Source: Thermoanaerobaculia bacterium
GTDB taxonomy: Bacteria; Acidobacteriota; Thermoanaerobaculia; Gp7-AA8
NCBI GenBank assembly: GCA_038244715.1
Contig: JBBRTE010000001.1
Coordinates: forward strand, 234,877-298,876
Direction of reading: 5' to 3'
DNA length: 64,000 bases
The notes under the pieces were generated by a model that did no database searches, was not told the origin of the DNA, and worked only from the letters and a program-made list of their open reading frames with translations. Shown here piece after piece: positions 30,489 to 39,579 of this stretch; position 1 is the first letter of the stretch, and each line of letters begins with the position of its first letter. A program made the translations under genes and the position numbers.

Positions 30489-31675
30489 GCCGTCACCTGC
30501 ACTGGCCGCGCGATCTCTGAGTCGAGCAGATAGCAGCCCGGATCCGACTCCCAATAGTCGCCCGTCGCTGCCTCGGCACGCGCACGGAAATTTCCGTTAC
30601 ACATCGGCAGCCAATTGCACGTCGCGCAACGGCCCTTGAGCAGCGGCTTCCGATTCCGCAGCCCGTTCAGCAGCTCGACCCGGGGATCGGTCCAGATCTC
30701 CGAGAACGGCCGATCCTTGATCGAGCCGAGCGTGTGGTTGGTCGTGAACTGATCGGGATGGACGTTGCCGAAACTGTCGATGCAGCCGATGGCGATCCCC
30801 GAGCGATTGCCGCCGTTGTTGCGGATCAGGTCGAACGCGGCGGCGGCGCGGGCCGGATCGCTCTCGAGGAGCTGCAGATAGATGTAGGCAGCGTCGGCAT
30901 GGTTGTCGACCGTCATCACTTCGATCTCACGACCCTCACCGTTCCACTGCTCGACCTTCGCCATCATCTTGTTCATCAGCGTGCGTTTCTCGCTGCTCTC
31001 GAGATCGATTCCCGAGAGATAGGAACCGCGGCCGGAGTAGACGAGGTGGTAGAGACAGAGGCGGCCGATCCCTTCGTTCTCCACGAGCTGGAAGACGCTG
31101 TCGATCTCGGCGACGTTGTCCTGCGTCACGGTGAAGCGGACCCCGACCCGGATGCCGGCATCGCGGCAATTGCGGATCCCGCGCAGTGCATCGCGATAGG
31201 CACCCTCGTGGCAGCGCATCCGGTCGTGGCGCTCTTCATTGCCGTCGACGCTGATGCCCACGTAGGCCACGCCGATGTCGGCGATGCGGCGCGCCTTCTT
31301 CTTGTCGATGAGCGTGCCGTTGGTGGAGAACGTGACACGGACGCCGTGCGTCGTGGCGTATTCGGCCAGCTCGAGAATGTCGGGCCGCACGAGCGGCTCA
31401 CCGCCGGAGATGAGGAGCGCCGGCACCTTGAACGCGGCCAGGTCGTCGATCATGGCCTTCGCTTCGTCGGTGGTCAGCTCCCCCTCGAAATGCTTGATGC
31501 GCGCGTCCGCGTAACAGTGGACGCACTCGAGGTTGCAGGTCTTGGTCGCATTCCATACGACGACCGGTCCCGTGTCCGGGCGGGCGCCCGTCTTCTGGCC
31601 GGCGGATTGGTCGTGATAGCGAAGGCGGTCTCCCGAAAACGATGCACCGCCGAGAAGCCGAGTCACACTGATCAT
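30485..31675 (-). CDS. ahbC: Radical SAM Fe-coproporphyrin synthase AhbC (NirJ1-like)
   Basis: PVVVWNATKTCNLECVHCY, YHLVYSGRG, TVDNHAD, NGGNRSG and SPASM C-terminus. Confidence 0.88.
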   Translation of the reverse strand: MISVTRLLGGASFSGDRLRYHDQSAGQKTGARPDTGPVVVWNATKTCNLECVHCYADARIKHFEGELTTDEAKAMIDDLAAFKVPALLISGGEPLVRPDILELAEYATTHGVRVTFSTNGTLIDKKKARRIADIGVAYVGISVDGNEERHDRMRCHEGAYRDALRGIRNCRDAGIRVGVRFTVTQDNVAEIDSVFQLVENEGIGRLCLYHLVYSGRGSYLSGIDLESSEKRTLMNKMMAKVEQWNGEGREIEVMTVDNHADAAYIYLQLLESDPARAAAAFDLIRNNGGNRSGIAIGCIDSFGNVHPDQFTTNHTLGSIKDRPFSEIWTDPRVELLNGLRNRKPLLKGRCATCNWLPMCNGNFRARAEAATGDYWESDPGCYLLDSEIARPVQVTA

Positions 31676-31750
31676 TTGTTCTTCTCCCGTTCTTCAGGAA
31701 CATGATGGAGTTCGCTCGAACAGCGCGTCGTGACGGCATGTACGGGCCGA

Positions 31751-31766
31751 TGTGACGATCGACACA
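31751..31766. promoter_or_regulatory. CRP/FNR-family box TGTGA-cgatcg-ACACA
   Basis: About 75 nt upstream of ahbC. Confidence 0.55.
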
Positions 31767-31835
31767 GTCCGGGTTCCGGAAACGATTCAGCGGGGCGCCG
31801 GCGGCCTCGCTGGCGGTTCAGGCGGGCCGAAATCC

Positions 31836-32624
31836 TCAGCCAAGCCGATACCCGATTCCGATCAACACCACGGTGATGACACCGGACGCGAGCTCGCGCA
31901 TGCCGACGACCCGCGCCGCTTTCCCAGGCCTGCCTGCCAAGACAGCCCGGCCGAGGAGAAGGGACATCGCCACGACGACAGCGGCCGGAGCGAGCTCGCG
32001 CTGCCAGAGAAGGCTCGCGATTCCGACGGCGGCAACATGAAGAGCGATCGCAACGGAGCGGTTCCCTTTCCCCAGCGCCGCACGAACGAAGACGATGGCC
32101 GGAATCGACCGCAATAGCAGCAGCAGCCAGAGGACCGCCGCGAACGTCATCGTCCTGCCGGCGGCGAGCGCGATCACTGCGGCGGTCCCGCCCGCGGCAA
32201 TGCCGCCGACGATTTCGGGGATCAGCGTCCGGCCGCGTTTTTTCAGGTCGAACGCGAATTGCACGATGCTGAGCGGTGCGGCAATGACGACCGGCAGCAG
32301 GACCCGAGTGCCGGTCATCGCGATCGCGGCCGCAACTGCGAGGATGCTCACCGCGCCGTAGAGCCCGAGCAGTCGTTCGCAGATAGGCGTGCGCGGGAAA
32401 CGGCGCCGGCGCATCCAGTCCGCTGCTGCCAGGCTCAGCGGCTGGCGCGCGAGGAACGCCGACATTGCCCCGACACCGATCAGCACGCCGGCCCAGGATG
32501 GGGCGACGAGCAGCGCCAATGCGATCGGCTCGAGCACAAATCCCCATCCGCCATGTTCGGCCGGCAACGCCAGCGGGCGAAGGGCGATGCGCAGCGCCGG
32601 ACGCTGTTCCACGCTCCGTTCCAT
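31836..32624 (-). CDS. YwiC-like membrane protein
   Basis: LPAEHGGWGFVLEP signature; C-terminal VGMREL. Confidence 0.85.
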   Translation of the reverse strand: MERSVEQRPALRIALRPLALPAEHGGWGFVLEPIALALLVAPSWAGVLIGVGAMSAFLARQPLSLAAADWMRRRRFPRTPICERLLGLYGAVSILAVAAAIAMTGTRVLLPVVIAAPLSIVQFAFDLKKRGRTLIPEIVGGIAAGGTAAVIALAAGRTMTFAAVLWLLLLLRSIPAIVFVRAALGKGNRSVAIALHVAAVGIASLLWQRELAPAAVVVAMSLLLGRAVLAGRPGKAARVVGMRELASGVITVVLIGIGYRLG

Positions 32625-32660
32625 GAGAATTCGTATCGCCTTGCGGGGCCACCGGCGCAC

Positions 32661-32675
32661 GTGACGTTCATCACA
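32661..32675. promoter_or_regulatory. CRP/FNR-family box GTGA-cgttca-TCACA
   Basis: Between divergent ywiC-like and Crp/Fnr genes; core identical to the site at 34768. Confidence 0.7.
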
Positions 32676-32733
32676 CAGACGTGTGATTCACCGATCGTGG
32701 AATTGCCCACGGAGCGCCTACATTGTCACTACT

Positions 32734-33483
32734 ATGAATACTGCTATGGCTACCCGCAAGTCGTCCACTCCTACGCCATACAACATCGACGTACACAGCA
32801 GCTGCGTCGATTGCAGCGTTCGCGCGGAACGCCTCTTCTGCAACATGTCCAAAGAGACGGTGGCGGTGCTCGACGCGATCAAGTTCACGGCGATCTACCC
32901 GAAGGGGTCCCTTCTGTTCGTCGAGGGTGAAGAGCCGCGAGGCGTATTCATTCTCTGCAGCGGCCGCGTGAAGCTCACGACGTCGTCGAGCGAAGGCAAG
33001 ACGCTCATCGTGAAGGTGGCCGAGGCCGGCGAGGTTCTCGGTGCGAGCTCCACGATCCTCGGTAAGCCGTATGAAGTTTCCGCCGAGACCCTCGAGCCGT
33101 CGCAGGCGAATTTCATCAAGCGCGAGGATTTCGTCAAGTTCCTGAACACCGACGTCGAGGCCTGCATGCACACGGCCCAGCAGCTCAGCCAGAAGTATCA
33201 GTCCGCACAGCAGGAGATCCGCTCCCTCGGCCTGTCGCAGACGACGTCGGAAAAGCTGGCCAAACTCCTCCTGCAATGGGGAACGGCCGGCGAAGAAACC
33301 GCACGGGGTACCCGGCTGACGGTCCTCCTCACGCACGAAGAGATCGCGCAGATGATCGGCACGACCCGCGAGACCGTGACGCGCATCCTCAGCGACTTCA
33401 AGAAAAAGCACCTGATCGAAGTGAAGGGATCCAGCATTTTCCTCATGGCCCGCAAGGCGCTCGAGGGAATGGTCAGCACCTAG
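32734..33483 (+). CDS. Crp/Fnr-family regulator with N-terminal Cys cluster
   Basis: CVDC-x8-C plus a later Cys, cNMP-like domain, HTH LTHEEIAQMIGTTRETVTR. Confidence 0.93.
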   Translation: MNTAMATRKSSTPTPYNIDVHSSCVDCSVRAERLFCNMSKETVAVLDAIKFTAIYPKGSLLFVEGEEPRGVFILCSGRVKLTTSSSEGKTLIVKVAEAGEVLGASSTILGKPYEVSAETLEPSQANFIKREDFVKFLNTDVEACMHTAQQLSQKYQSAQQEIRSLGLSQTTSEKLAKLLLQWGTAGEETARGTRLTVLLTHEEIAQMIGTTRETVTRILSDFKKKHLIEVKGSSIFLMARKALEGMVST

Positions 33484-33510
33484 AGTGGCGTGTATCGCCA
33501 CTAGCCGCGA

Positions 33511-34731
33511 TTACGCCGCCGGGCGCTTCTTGTACGCGATGTAGGGACGGGCCAGCTGGCGCAGGCTCCAGTTTCTCGCCGCGTAGAGGTGATCCTGCAA
33601 CGCCGGTTTGACCAGGCCGGCCGCTTCTTCCGGCTGTACGACCAGCGAGACCTCGATCGGCAGGATGCCCACCGGCAGGTTCGCGCGGCGGCAGCTCTCG
33701 TGGAGATACGCAAAGACTTCCTTCATGGCCTCAGGATCGGGAGAGGGCTCGTGCTCCATCTCACTGCCGATCGTCGGCCGGAAGATGCAGACCGTCGGGA
33801 ACGCGCCGGCCGACACGATGCGGTCGATGCCGCGCTTCGTGGCTTCGATCGGTTCGACTCCGGCGATGATCTCGCCTGAGACGCGCCCACGACCGAGCTT
33901 CTTCGCGGTGTACTCCATCGCTTCGAAGAACGCATGCTGTCCGACCGTCTGCGCCTTTCCCGGACAGAGCCTGGCGAACACATCGGGATCCTCGAACTCA
34001 TAGCAGAACGAGAAATGATCGGTGCCGGCGTCGATCAACAGGTCGTACTCGCCGTACTGCGCTCGCGGCACCGGGACCGCCTGCACGCCGATGAAGCCGC
34101 CGACGTCATCGCGCACCGCGCGCACGAACGTCTCGCACTGCCGGAGTCCGTGAATAACTTCGCGATCCGGCCGGTCCTCATAGTGATAGCCGGTGTTGAA
34201 GTGCGTGAAGATCGTGCCCGACTCCTCGCGCGCAGCCTGCGCCACTTCGACGACATCGCGCCAGTTCTTCCGCGACTCCTCCGCCGTCCCCACATTCTTC
34301 CCCGTCGTGCAGAATTTGCACGCCAGCGACGGCGACCAGGTCCAGTACAGACAGCGGTTGGAGACGTACACCGCGAGGTAGTTTCCCTGCAGCACGCCGA
34401 TGCGGCTCATCTCCACGCCGCCCGTGGTCTTGCGCGAATACCAGGCAGGCTCCCCCGGAATGCGGACGGTGTACTCGGCGCCATCGCGGCGGTCATGCAC
34501 GAAATACTCGTCGTTCCGCTTCTCCAGCGTGAAAACGGACTGCAGCGCGAACGGCTCGACGACCGGGACATTGACCCAGATGTCTTTCGACCGGGCCGGA
34601 ATGACGATCTCCAGGCCCGATCCCAGGCCGGCGCGGGTGCGTCGGATGCGGCGACCATCCGACGTGCGGCAGGACTCGCCAAGCAGCATTCCCCGACAGA
34701 ACAGCTCGATCTCGAGCTCGACCGGATTCAT
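33511..34731 (-). CDS. Radical SAM protein with non-canonical Cx10CxxC motif (MSMEG_0568-like)
   Basis: CLYWTWSPSLACKFC; RTRAGLGSG N-terminal motif; FRPTIGS. Confidence 0.75.
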   Translation of the reverse strand: MNPVELEIELFCRGMLLGESCRTSDGRRIRRTRAGLGSGLEIVIPARSKDIWVNVPVVEPFALQSVFTLEKRNDEYFVHDRRDGAEYTVRIPGEPAWYSRKTTGGVEMSRIGVLQGNYLAVYVSNRCLYWTWSPSLACKFCTTGKNVGTAEESRKNWRDVVEVAQAAREESGTIFTHFNTGYHYEDRPDREVIHGLRQCETFVRAVRDDVGGFIGVQAVPVPRAQYGEYDLLIDAGTDHFSFCYEFEDPDVFARLCPGKAQTVGQHAFFEAMEYTAKKLGRGRVSGEIIAGVEPIEATKRGIDRIVSAGAFPTVCIFRPTIGSEMEHEPSPDPEAMKEVFAYLHESCRRANLPVGILPIEVSLVVQPEEAAGLVKPALQDHLYAARNWSLRQLARPYIAYKKRPAA

Positions 34732-34767
34732 TCCGATGAGTGAACGTCAGGGCACCGGAACGGCCAT

Positions 34768-34782
34768 ATGACGTTCATCACA
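34768..34782. promoter_or_regulatory. CRP/FNR-family box ATGA-cgttca-TCACA
   Basis: Divergent region between radical SAM and Cys-protein genes. Confidence 0.65.
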
Positions 34783-34848
34783 TCGAGGTGTGAGGCCGCC
34801 TACCACGCAAGGACTTCCGCGGATCGACAATGCCAGAAGAGGCCAATC

Positions 34849-35247
34849 ATGTCGCAAACCGAACTGAGTCCCGAGAACACCACCCGCGAGGGAGCCATCG
34901 ACATCCTGCGCAGCGAGCTTGTGAAGCTGGCCGGCGGCGAGGTATCGATCTGCAAGCTCGCCGCCGAGAAAAACATCTTCTGCCGCGGCATGCATCGCCA
35001 CTCTGACGCCGGTCTGCGCAAAAAGTTCGACTGGATCAACCAGAAGAATCCCCGCATGACGCGCGAAGAGATGGAATCCCTCGTCGACCGGTGGCAACTG
35101 GCGCGTCAGGAGGTCAGCCAGCTGCCCAGCGCCTGCGACGTCCAGCAGCTCGAGCACGACGGTTGCCGCGGCTGGGACGACTTCACCAACGAAGAGCTCT
35201 CGCAGTTCTGCTTCGAGCTGACCGGACGGAAGATCGTGGTGAACTAA
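34849..35247 (+). CDS. Uncharacterised 132-aa Cys-motif protein (paralog of 1260..1667)
   Basis: CKLAAEKNIFCRG and CDVQQLEHDGCRGWDDFTNEELSQFC. Confidence 0.85.
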   Translation: MSQTELSPENTTREGAIDILRSELVKLAGGEVSICKLAAEKNIFCRGMHRHSDAGLRKKFDWINQKNPRMTREEMESLVDRWQLARQEVSQLPSACDVQQLEHDGCRGWDDFTNEELSQFCFELTGRKIVVN

Positions 35248-35259
35248 GACAACAACACG

Positions 35260-35320
35260 AAGGTCGGACTCAGTCCGACAACACACGAACGTAGGTCGGG
35301 CTGGAGAACCCGACTTACGT
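35260..35320. repeat. GTAG-type REP-like palindromes (two units)
   Basis: GTCGGACTCAGTCCGAC and GTAGGTCGGGCTGGAGAACCCGACTTAC between convergent genes. Confidence 0.55.
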
Positions 35321-35341
35321 TCGCTAATGTCGAAGGCGCAC

Positions 35342-35719
35342 TCACCTCACCAACAAGTGCCGGGCATTCACCGCCACCGACGCCACCGCCAGCAGCACCG
35401 TCGCCACCACCACCCCGCGGTCGATGGTCATCGCATTGAGGCTCCGGTGGAGCAGCTTCTGCAGGACGAACTGGATGTACGACATCCCGGGACGGCCTTC
35501 GCCGAGGGCGTCCTTGATCTTCCAATGCCACTCGGTGATCGGGCAGTAGCCCATCCCCATCCAAATCCCGAGCACGAACCACGATCCGAGGGTGAGCAGG
35601 ACGAGGGCGAGGTGCGCCAGACGCGTAGCCGGAAAGATCCAACCCACCATGACAAAGGTGATCAACGCCGCATGAAACAGGTGGAAGAAGGCATTGAAGA
35701 GCGGATAGAAAGGCTTCAT
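35342..35719 (-). CDS. DUF2784-like membrane protein
   Basis: FHLFH, AHL and GYCPITEW motifs. Confidence 0.75.
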   Translation of the reverse strand: MKPFYPLFNAFFHLFHAALITFVMVGWIFPATRLAHLALVLLTLGSWFVLGIWMGMGYCPITEWHWKIKDALGEGRPGMSYIQFVLQKLLHRSLNAMTIDRGVVVATVLLAVASVAVNARHLLVR

Positions 35720-36990
35720 ACAGCCTCGCGCTGTCCGAGCCGGTCCGCGATCTCGCCGGCGTGACCGAGCACTTTTCGGAAGGCGAGCAGGTACTGATCG
35801 AGTAGTTCCTTCTCCGCGTTCGGAAACGACGGAAGCTTGAGCATTCGGGCGTTGGCATCTTCCGTCACTGGCAGCGACACGGACGTGAAGTCGGGCAGCT
35901 GGACGTCCGGTCCCGGCCGCATCACGGAGAGAAGCGCGCCTTCGGTGAAGAACGGCTGCTGATGGAGGAGCGGATATCGGGGAACGGCCGCCTGGCAGCC
36001 TTCGGCCTTCAGCGCTTCGATCAATGCGGCGGTGGAGAGCCCGATCCTCTCGAGATCGGGCCGCACGAGATACTCGAAGTAGACGCGCTCGATGTGCGCC
36101 GGCGGAAGGAACGTGTGGATTCCCAACTCCTCAAGGCCGGCCGAGAGGTACTCGAGGTTTCGATTGCGCCGCTGGTTGTTCTCCGGCAACCGCGCCAGCT
36201 GTGTCCGCGCGATGGCGGCCGACATCGGCGCGATACGTGACTTGATCCCGAAACTCGTCGCTGCGAACCGTCGCGCCGGCGTCTCCAGCTCGATGATCCG
36301 CGTGATATCGCCAAAGCAAACGGCACGCTCCCAATACTCGTACTCGCGGCACAGCAGAATGCCCCCCTCGCCGGCCGGAGCGAGCTTGCCTCCCTGCAGA
36401 CTGAAGACAGAAATGTCGCCGAGCGTGCCGCATGGCTGTCCGCGCCACGTCGCTCCCTGCGCGTGCGAGGCGTCCTCGATGATCTTCAGCCCATGCTTCT
36501 TCGCAAAGGCGTTGATCTCCGTCATCCGCGAGGGCATGCCCCAGAGGTGCACCACGACGATGGCCTTCGTTCGTGGCGTGAGTTTCTTCTCCATGTCCGC
36601 GGGATCGAGTCCGAGGCGCTCCATCTCACTCTCGCAGAAAATGGGCACGGCCCCGACCCAGAGCAGCGGCAGCACCGACGCCCAGAATGTCGCCGACGGA
36701 ACGAGGACCTCGTCTCCCGGCTGCAGTCCGATGGCCCAGAACGCCGCCATCAACGCGGTCGTACCGTTGCAATGGGCCAACGCATACGGCATCCCGGTGA
36801 ACGTGCGGTAGTCCTCTTCCAGTTCGCGGATCACCGGGTGCGTGGAGAGGTCGCCGTGACGGATCACGCGCAGAACGGCGCGCTCATCGTCTTCCGTGAA
36901 CACCGGCCAGCGGTTTGCCTCTTCGTGCGGGAGAGTGACGGCAGGCGTTCCGCCGAGAGCAGCAGGTCGTTCCAATGATGTCGTGGCCAT
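35716..36990 (-). CDS. DegT/DnrJ/EryC1/StrS PLP aminotransferase
   Basis: NGTTAL, VVHLWG, IIEDASHAQG and FSLQGGKLAPAGEGG. Confidence 0.92.
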   Translation of the reverse strand: MATTSLERPAALGGTPAVTLPHEEANRWPVFTEDDERAVLRVIRHGDLSTHPVIRELEEDYRTFTGMPYALAHCNGTTALMAAFWAIGLQPGDEVLVPSATFWASVLPLLWVGAVPIFCESEMERLGLDPADMEKKLTPRTKAIVVVHLWGMPSRMTEINAFAKKHGLKIIEDASHAQGATWRGQPCGTLGDISVFSLQGGKLAPAGEGGILLCREYEYWERAVCFGDITRIIELETPARRFAATSFGIKSRIAPMSAAIARTQLARLPENNQRRNRNLEYLSAGLEELGIHTFLPPAHIERVYFEYLVRPDLERIGLSTAALIEALKAEGCQAAVPRYPLLHQQPFFTEGALLSVMRPGPDVQLPDFTSVSLPVTEDANARMLKLPSFPNAEKELLDQYLLAFRKVLGHAGEIADRLGQREAV

Positions 36991-36996
36991 AACCGA

Positions 36997-38559
36997 TTAC
37001 GTTCCTTCCTGAAGGTCTCGTCCGGCGAATGCCGGAGGCGTCAGCAGCGGATCGATCTCCCGCAGCACGTTGTCGTGACACTGCGCAAACAGGCGCGACG
37101 CCAGAACGGCGTCACCACCCGCAATCGAAAGCGCCGCCTGCCGGAGCACCGGCGCGTTCTCGTCGCGCCTGCCCAATCCAAGCCTCGGCACCCACTGCCC
37201 GATGTTCGTTCGCCGGCGCACGTAGTCCTCCAACGTACAACACATCTCGTTACGCGCACACCATGCGGGCGTCGGCATTGCGTACGTCAGACCGGGGAAC
37301 ATCGACGTCTCCATGTCCCGCTCCCACTCTTCATCGATCGTTCCAGCCCCGCCGGTGGGCGCGACGCTCCGCCGCACCAGCTTTACGACCCGTGCGGCCA
37401 TGCGCTCGCATCCCGTCAGCTTGCCGCCATAACAGGCGATCCAGTGCCGGCCGGCATCGTGAAATACCTCCTGACGCCGCGAGAGATCGAGAGGGTCGCC
37501 ACCATTGACGAACTGGCGATCGACGACCAGCGGCCGGATGCCGCAGCGAATCGAGATGATGTCGTCGCGATGCAGCGGTTGCCGCAGCCGCCGCTCATAG
37601 TGGTCCAGCAGATACTCCACGTCGCTTTCGGACGGCGTCAATCCGTCGGCGATGTCCTCGACGAACGTCTCCGTCGGACCCCAGAGCGAGACAGGACCCC
37701 ACGGCACGAACGTGATGACGTCCGACTCTCCATTCAGCTCGAAGAACAGAGAGGTCTGATGTTGCGGTGGCCGCGGGGTGACGAGATAGACGCCCTTGCT
37801 CAGGGCGTGACGAAAGGGCGACTCGATCCCGAAGCTGGCGTTGACGTCGTCCGTCCAGACCCCGGCGCAATTCACCATCACGCGTGCGGTCGCCGCGTAT
37901 TCCTTGCCGGAGAGTTTGTCCGTCAGATCCAGACGCCACTGCCTTTCCGAACGTTCATACGTCCCCTCGGTGACGCAGTAGTTGAGAGCGACCGAGCCCG
38001 GAGGCTGATGCGGCGCAATCCAGCCGAGGACGAAGCGCGCGTCTGAAGAGTTGAGGAGTACTTCTTCGAAGAGCAGCGAGCCGTCGACGAGATCCGGCTT
38101 CACCAGTTCGAGCTCCTCAAACGCCCGCTCGAATGCGGGCTGGCGGCGGTTGCCCAGACTCATCATCCAGTACAACCAGAGCGCGGCCTGCACGCGTCGC
38201 CGCGACCAGGAGCCGCGGGCGGACGGGAGGTAGCGCATGCCGCTCACCGACATGCGCGCCGCCATCGCGCGCGCCATCCGGTCGCGGTCGCGCGAGAGCT
38301 GAAACACGGAGGGGAGGTCGAAGTTTCTGAGGTAGAGGAGGCCACCCCAGATCATCATCCCCGAGGCCTGGCTGGTGCCCGAAGCGAAGTCACCGCGATC
38401 GAGCAGGAGGGTGCGATATCCGCGCCGGCAGAGGGCATCGTAGAGACAAGCGCCATTGACGCCACCCCCGAGGATCGCAACGTCGAAGGCGCCGTCCGAT
38501 TCGATCGCTGCAAGGTTCTGAAGACGCTCCAAAGCGCTGACCCCCGCGTTACACGGCAC
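36997..38559 (-). CDS. FAD-dependent glycerol-3-phosphate dehydrogenase/oxidase family protein
   Basis: GGGVNG, DFASGTS, NCAGVW, GIRPL and GGKLT. Start uncertain. Confidence 0.8.
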   Translation of the reverse strand: MPCNAGVSALERLQNLAAIESDGAFDVAILGGGVNGACLYDALCRRGYRTLLLDRGDFASGTSQASGMMIWGGLLYLRNFDLPSVFQLSRDRDRMARAMAARMSVSGMRYLPSARGSWSRRRVQAALWLYWMMSLGNRRQPAFERAFEELELVKPDLVDGSLLFEEVLLNSSDARFVLGWIAPHQPPGSVALNYCVTEGTYERSERQWRLDLTDKLSGKEYAATARVMVNCAGVWTDDVNASFGIESPFRHALSKGVYLVTPRPPQHQTSLFFELNGESDVITFVPWGPVSLWGPTETFVEDIADGLTPSESDVEYLLDHYERRLRQPLHRDDIISIRCGIRPLVVDRQFVNGGDPLDLSRRQEVFHDAGRHWIACYGGKLTGCERMAARVVKLVRRSVAPTGGAGTIDEEWERDMETSMFPGLTYAMPTPAWCARNEMCCTLEDYVRRRTNIGQWVPRLGLGRRDENAPVLRQAALSIAGGDAVLASRLFAQCHDNVLREIDPLLTPPAFAGRDLQEGT

Positions 38560-38647
38560 AGTCTGTCATAGAGACGGGAGTGTGACATCGCGGAGAGGAG
38601 CAGTGGTTCAGACGTTCCGGTGATCGCGAGGGAACGCTTCATCGAGA

Positions 38648-39406
38648 TCACGCGGATCGCTCGTGAATGCCGCCGCCATTCGCCGGATGAAAGAAGATGG
38701 ACTGTCCGACTGCCAGCCGCCCGATGCGCGAGACCGTACCGTAGATTCCGGCGGTGTTCTGATGCGCACGCACGACGGCCTTCATCACTTCCGGCGCGGG
38801 AGTGGCCGAGTCGGGGTCGTAGTTGATCATCGAGCAGCGAAGATCGCGCATCGTGACCGTGATCGCGGGAGCATCGTCTCCCTCGCCGAATGCGAGCACG
38901 CCACCCACCCAGGCGTCCTCCTGAAATGCGCCGGGCCGCAACGAACGGACCAGGACATTGGGGCGAAAGCGCCTTATGTCGAGGTTCTTCCCCGCGAGTC
39001 GTCCGATCTCCTCAATCGTGTCGATGGCGATCACGGAAAGGCTGCCCTCGTCGAAGATCCCGTTCCTGAACTGCATCATCTCCACAGGCGCGCCATGCCG
39101 GCGTCCGACCTCCGCGGCGAGATCATCCCCGAAGAGAGGCAGCTCCGCGCCATCGGGCGTCCGGACATGCGTCGGAAGCTCTCCCTTCGCATCATCCTCG
39201 CGCCGCGGCGTAAACCGAAGCAGATCGGGAAGGTTGCCGGCGCTCAGCCACGGGAACCCGCCGCGGTCATTCACTTTCCGAAACGCCAGGCGCCGATCGC
39301 CATCGAGGCCGTGCCATCCCAGCTCGGCGTGATCGAGCCGTTCACCGGCCATCGACTTCACGGGATAGCGAAAGAGGGCCTCGATCTGTCCGATTTCTAG
39401 AGGCAT
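38648..39406 (-). CDS. MOSC-domain protein
   Basis: RYPVKSMAGE, GDRR, RRFRPN and RC motifs. Confidence 0.88.
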   Translation of the reverse strand: MPLEIGQIEALFRYPVKSMAGERLDHAELGWHGLDGDRRLAFRKVNDRGGFPWLSAGNLPDLLRFTPRREDDAKGELPTHVRTPDGAELPLFGDDLAAEVGRRHGAPVEMMQFRNGIFDEGSLSVIAIDTIEEIGRLAGKNLDIRRFRPNVLVRSLRPGAFQEDAWVGGVLAFGEGDDAPAITVTMRDLRCSMINYDPDSATPAPEVMKAVVRAHQNTAGIYGTVSRIGRLAVGQSIFFHPANGGGIHERSA

Positions 39407-39428
39407 GTTCGATCCAACACGTCTTGAT

Positions 39429-39579
39429 TCACCGAAGGTCGGGAAGACCCGTGACTCCTTCGACCGATCCGTTCGCCGCGACCCGTTGTTCCGACCTGTA
39501 GACGATGAAGTCCACCGACGATGCGGTCGGTCGCCCAGTCGTTGTAGCGATAGAGATCGACGATTTCTCCAATGTTCAT
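39429..39579 (-). pseudogene. DinB-family gene remnant with internal deletion
   Basis: N-terminus MNIGEIVDLYRYNDWATDRIV joins out of frame near 39516 to a DinB-like C-terminal VDFIVY. Confidence 0.5.
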
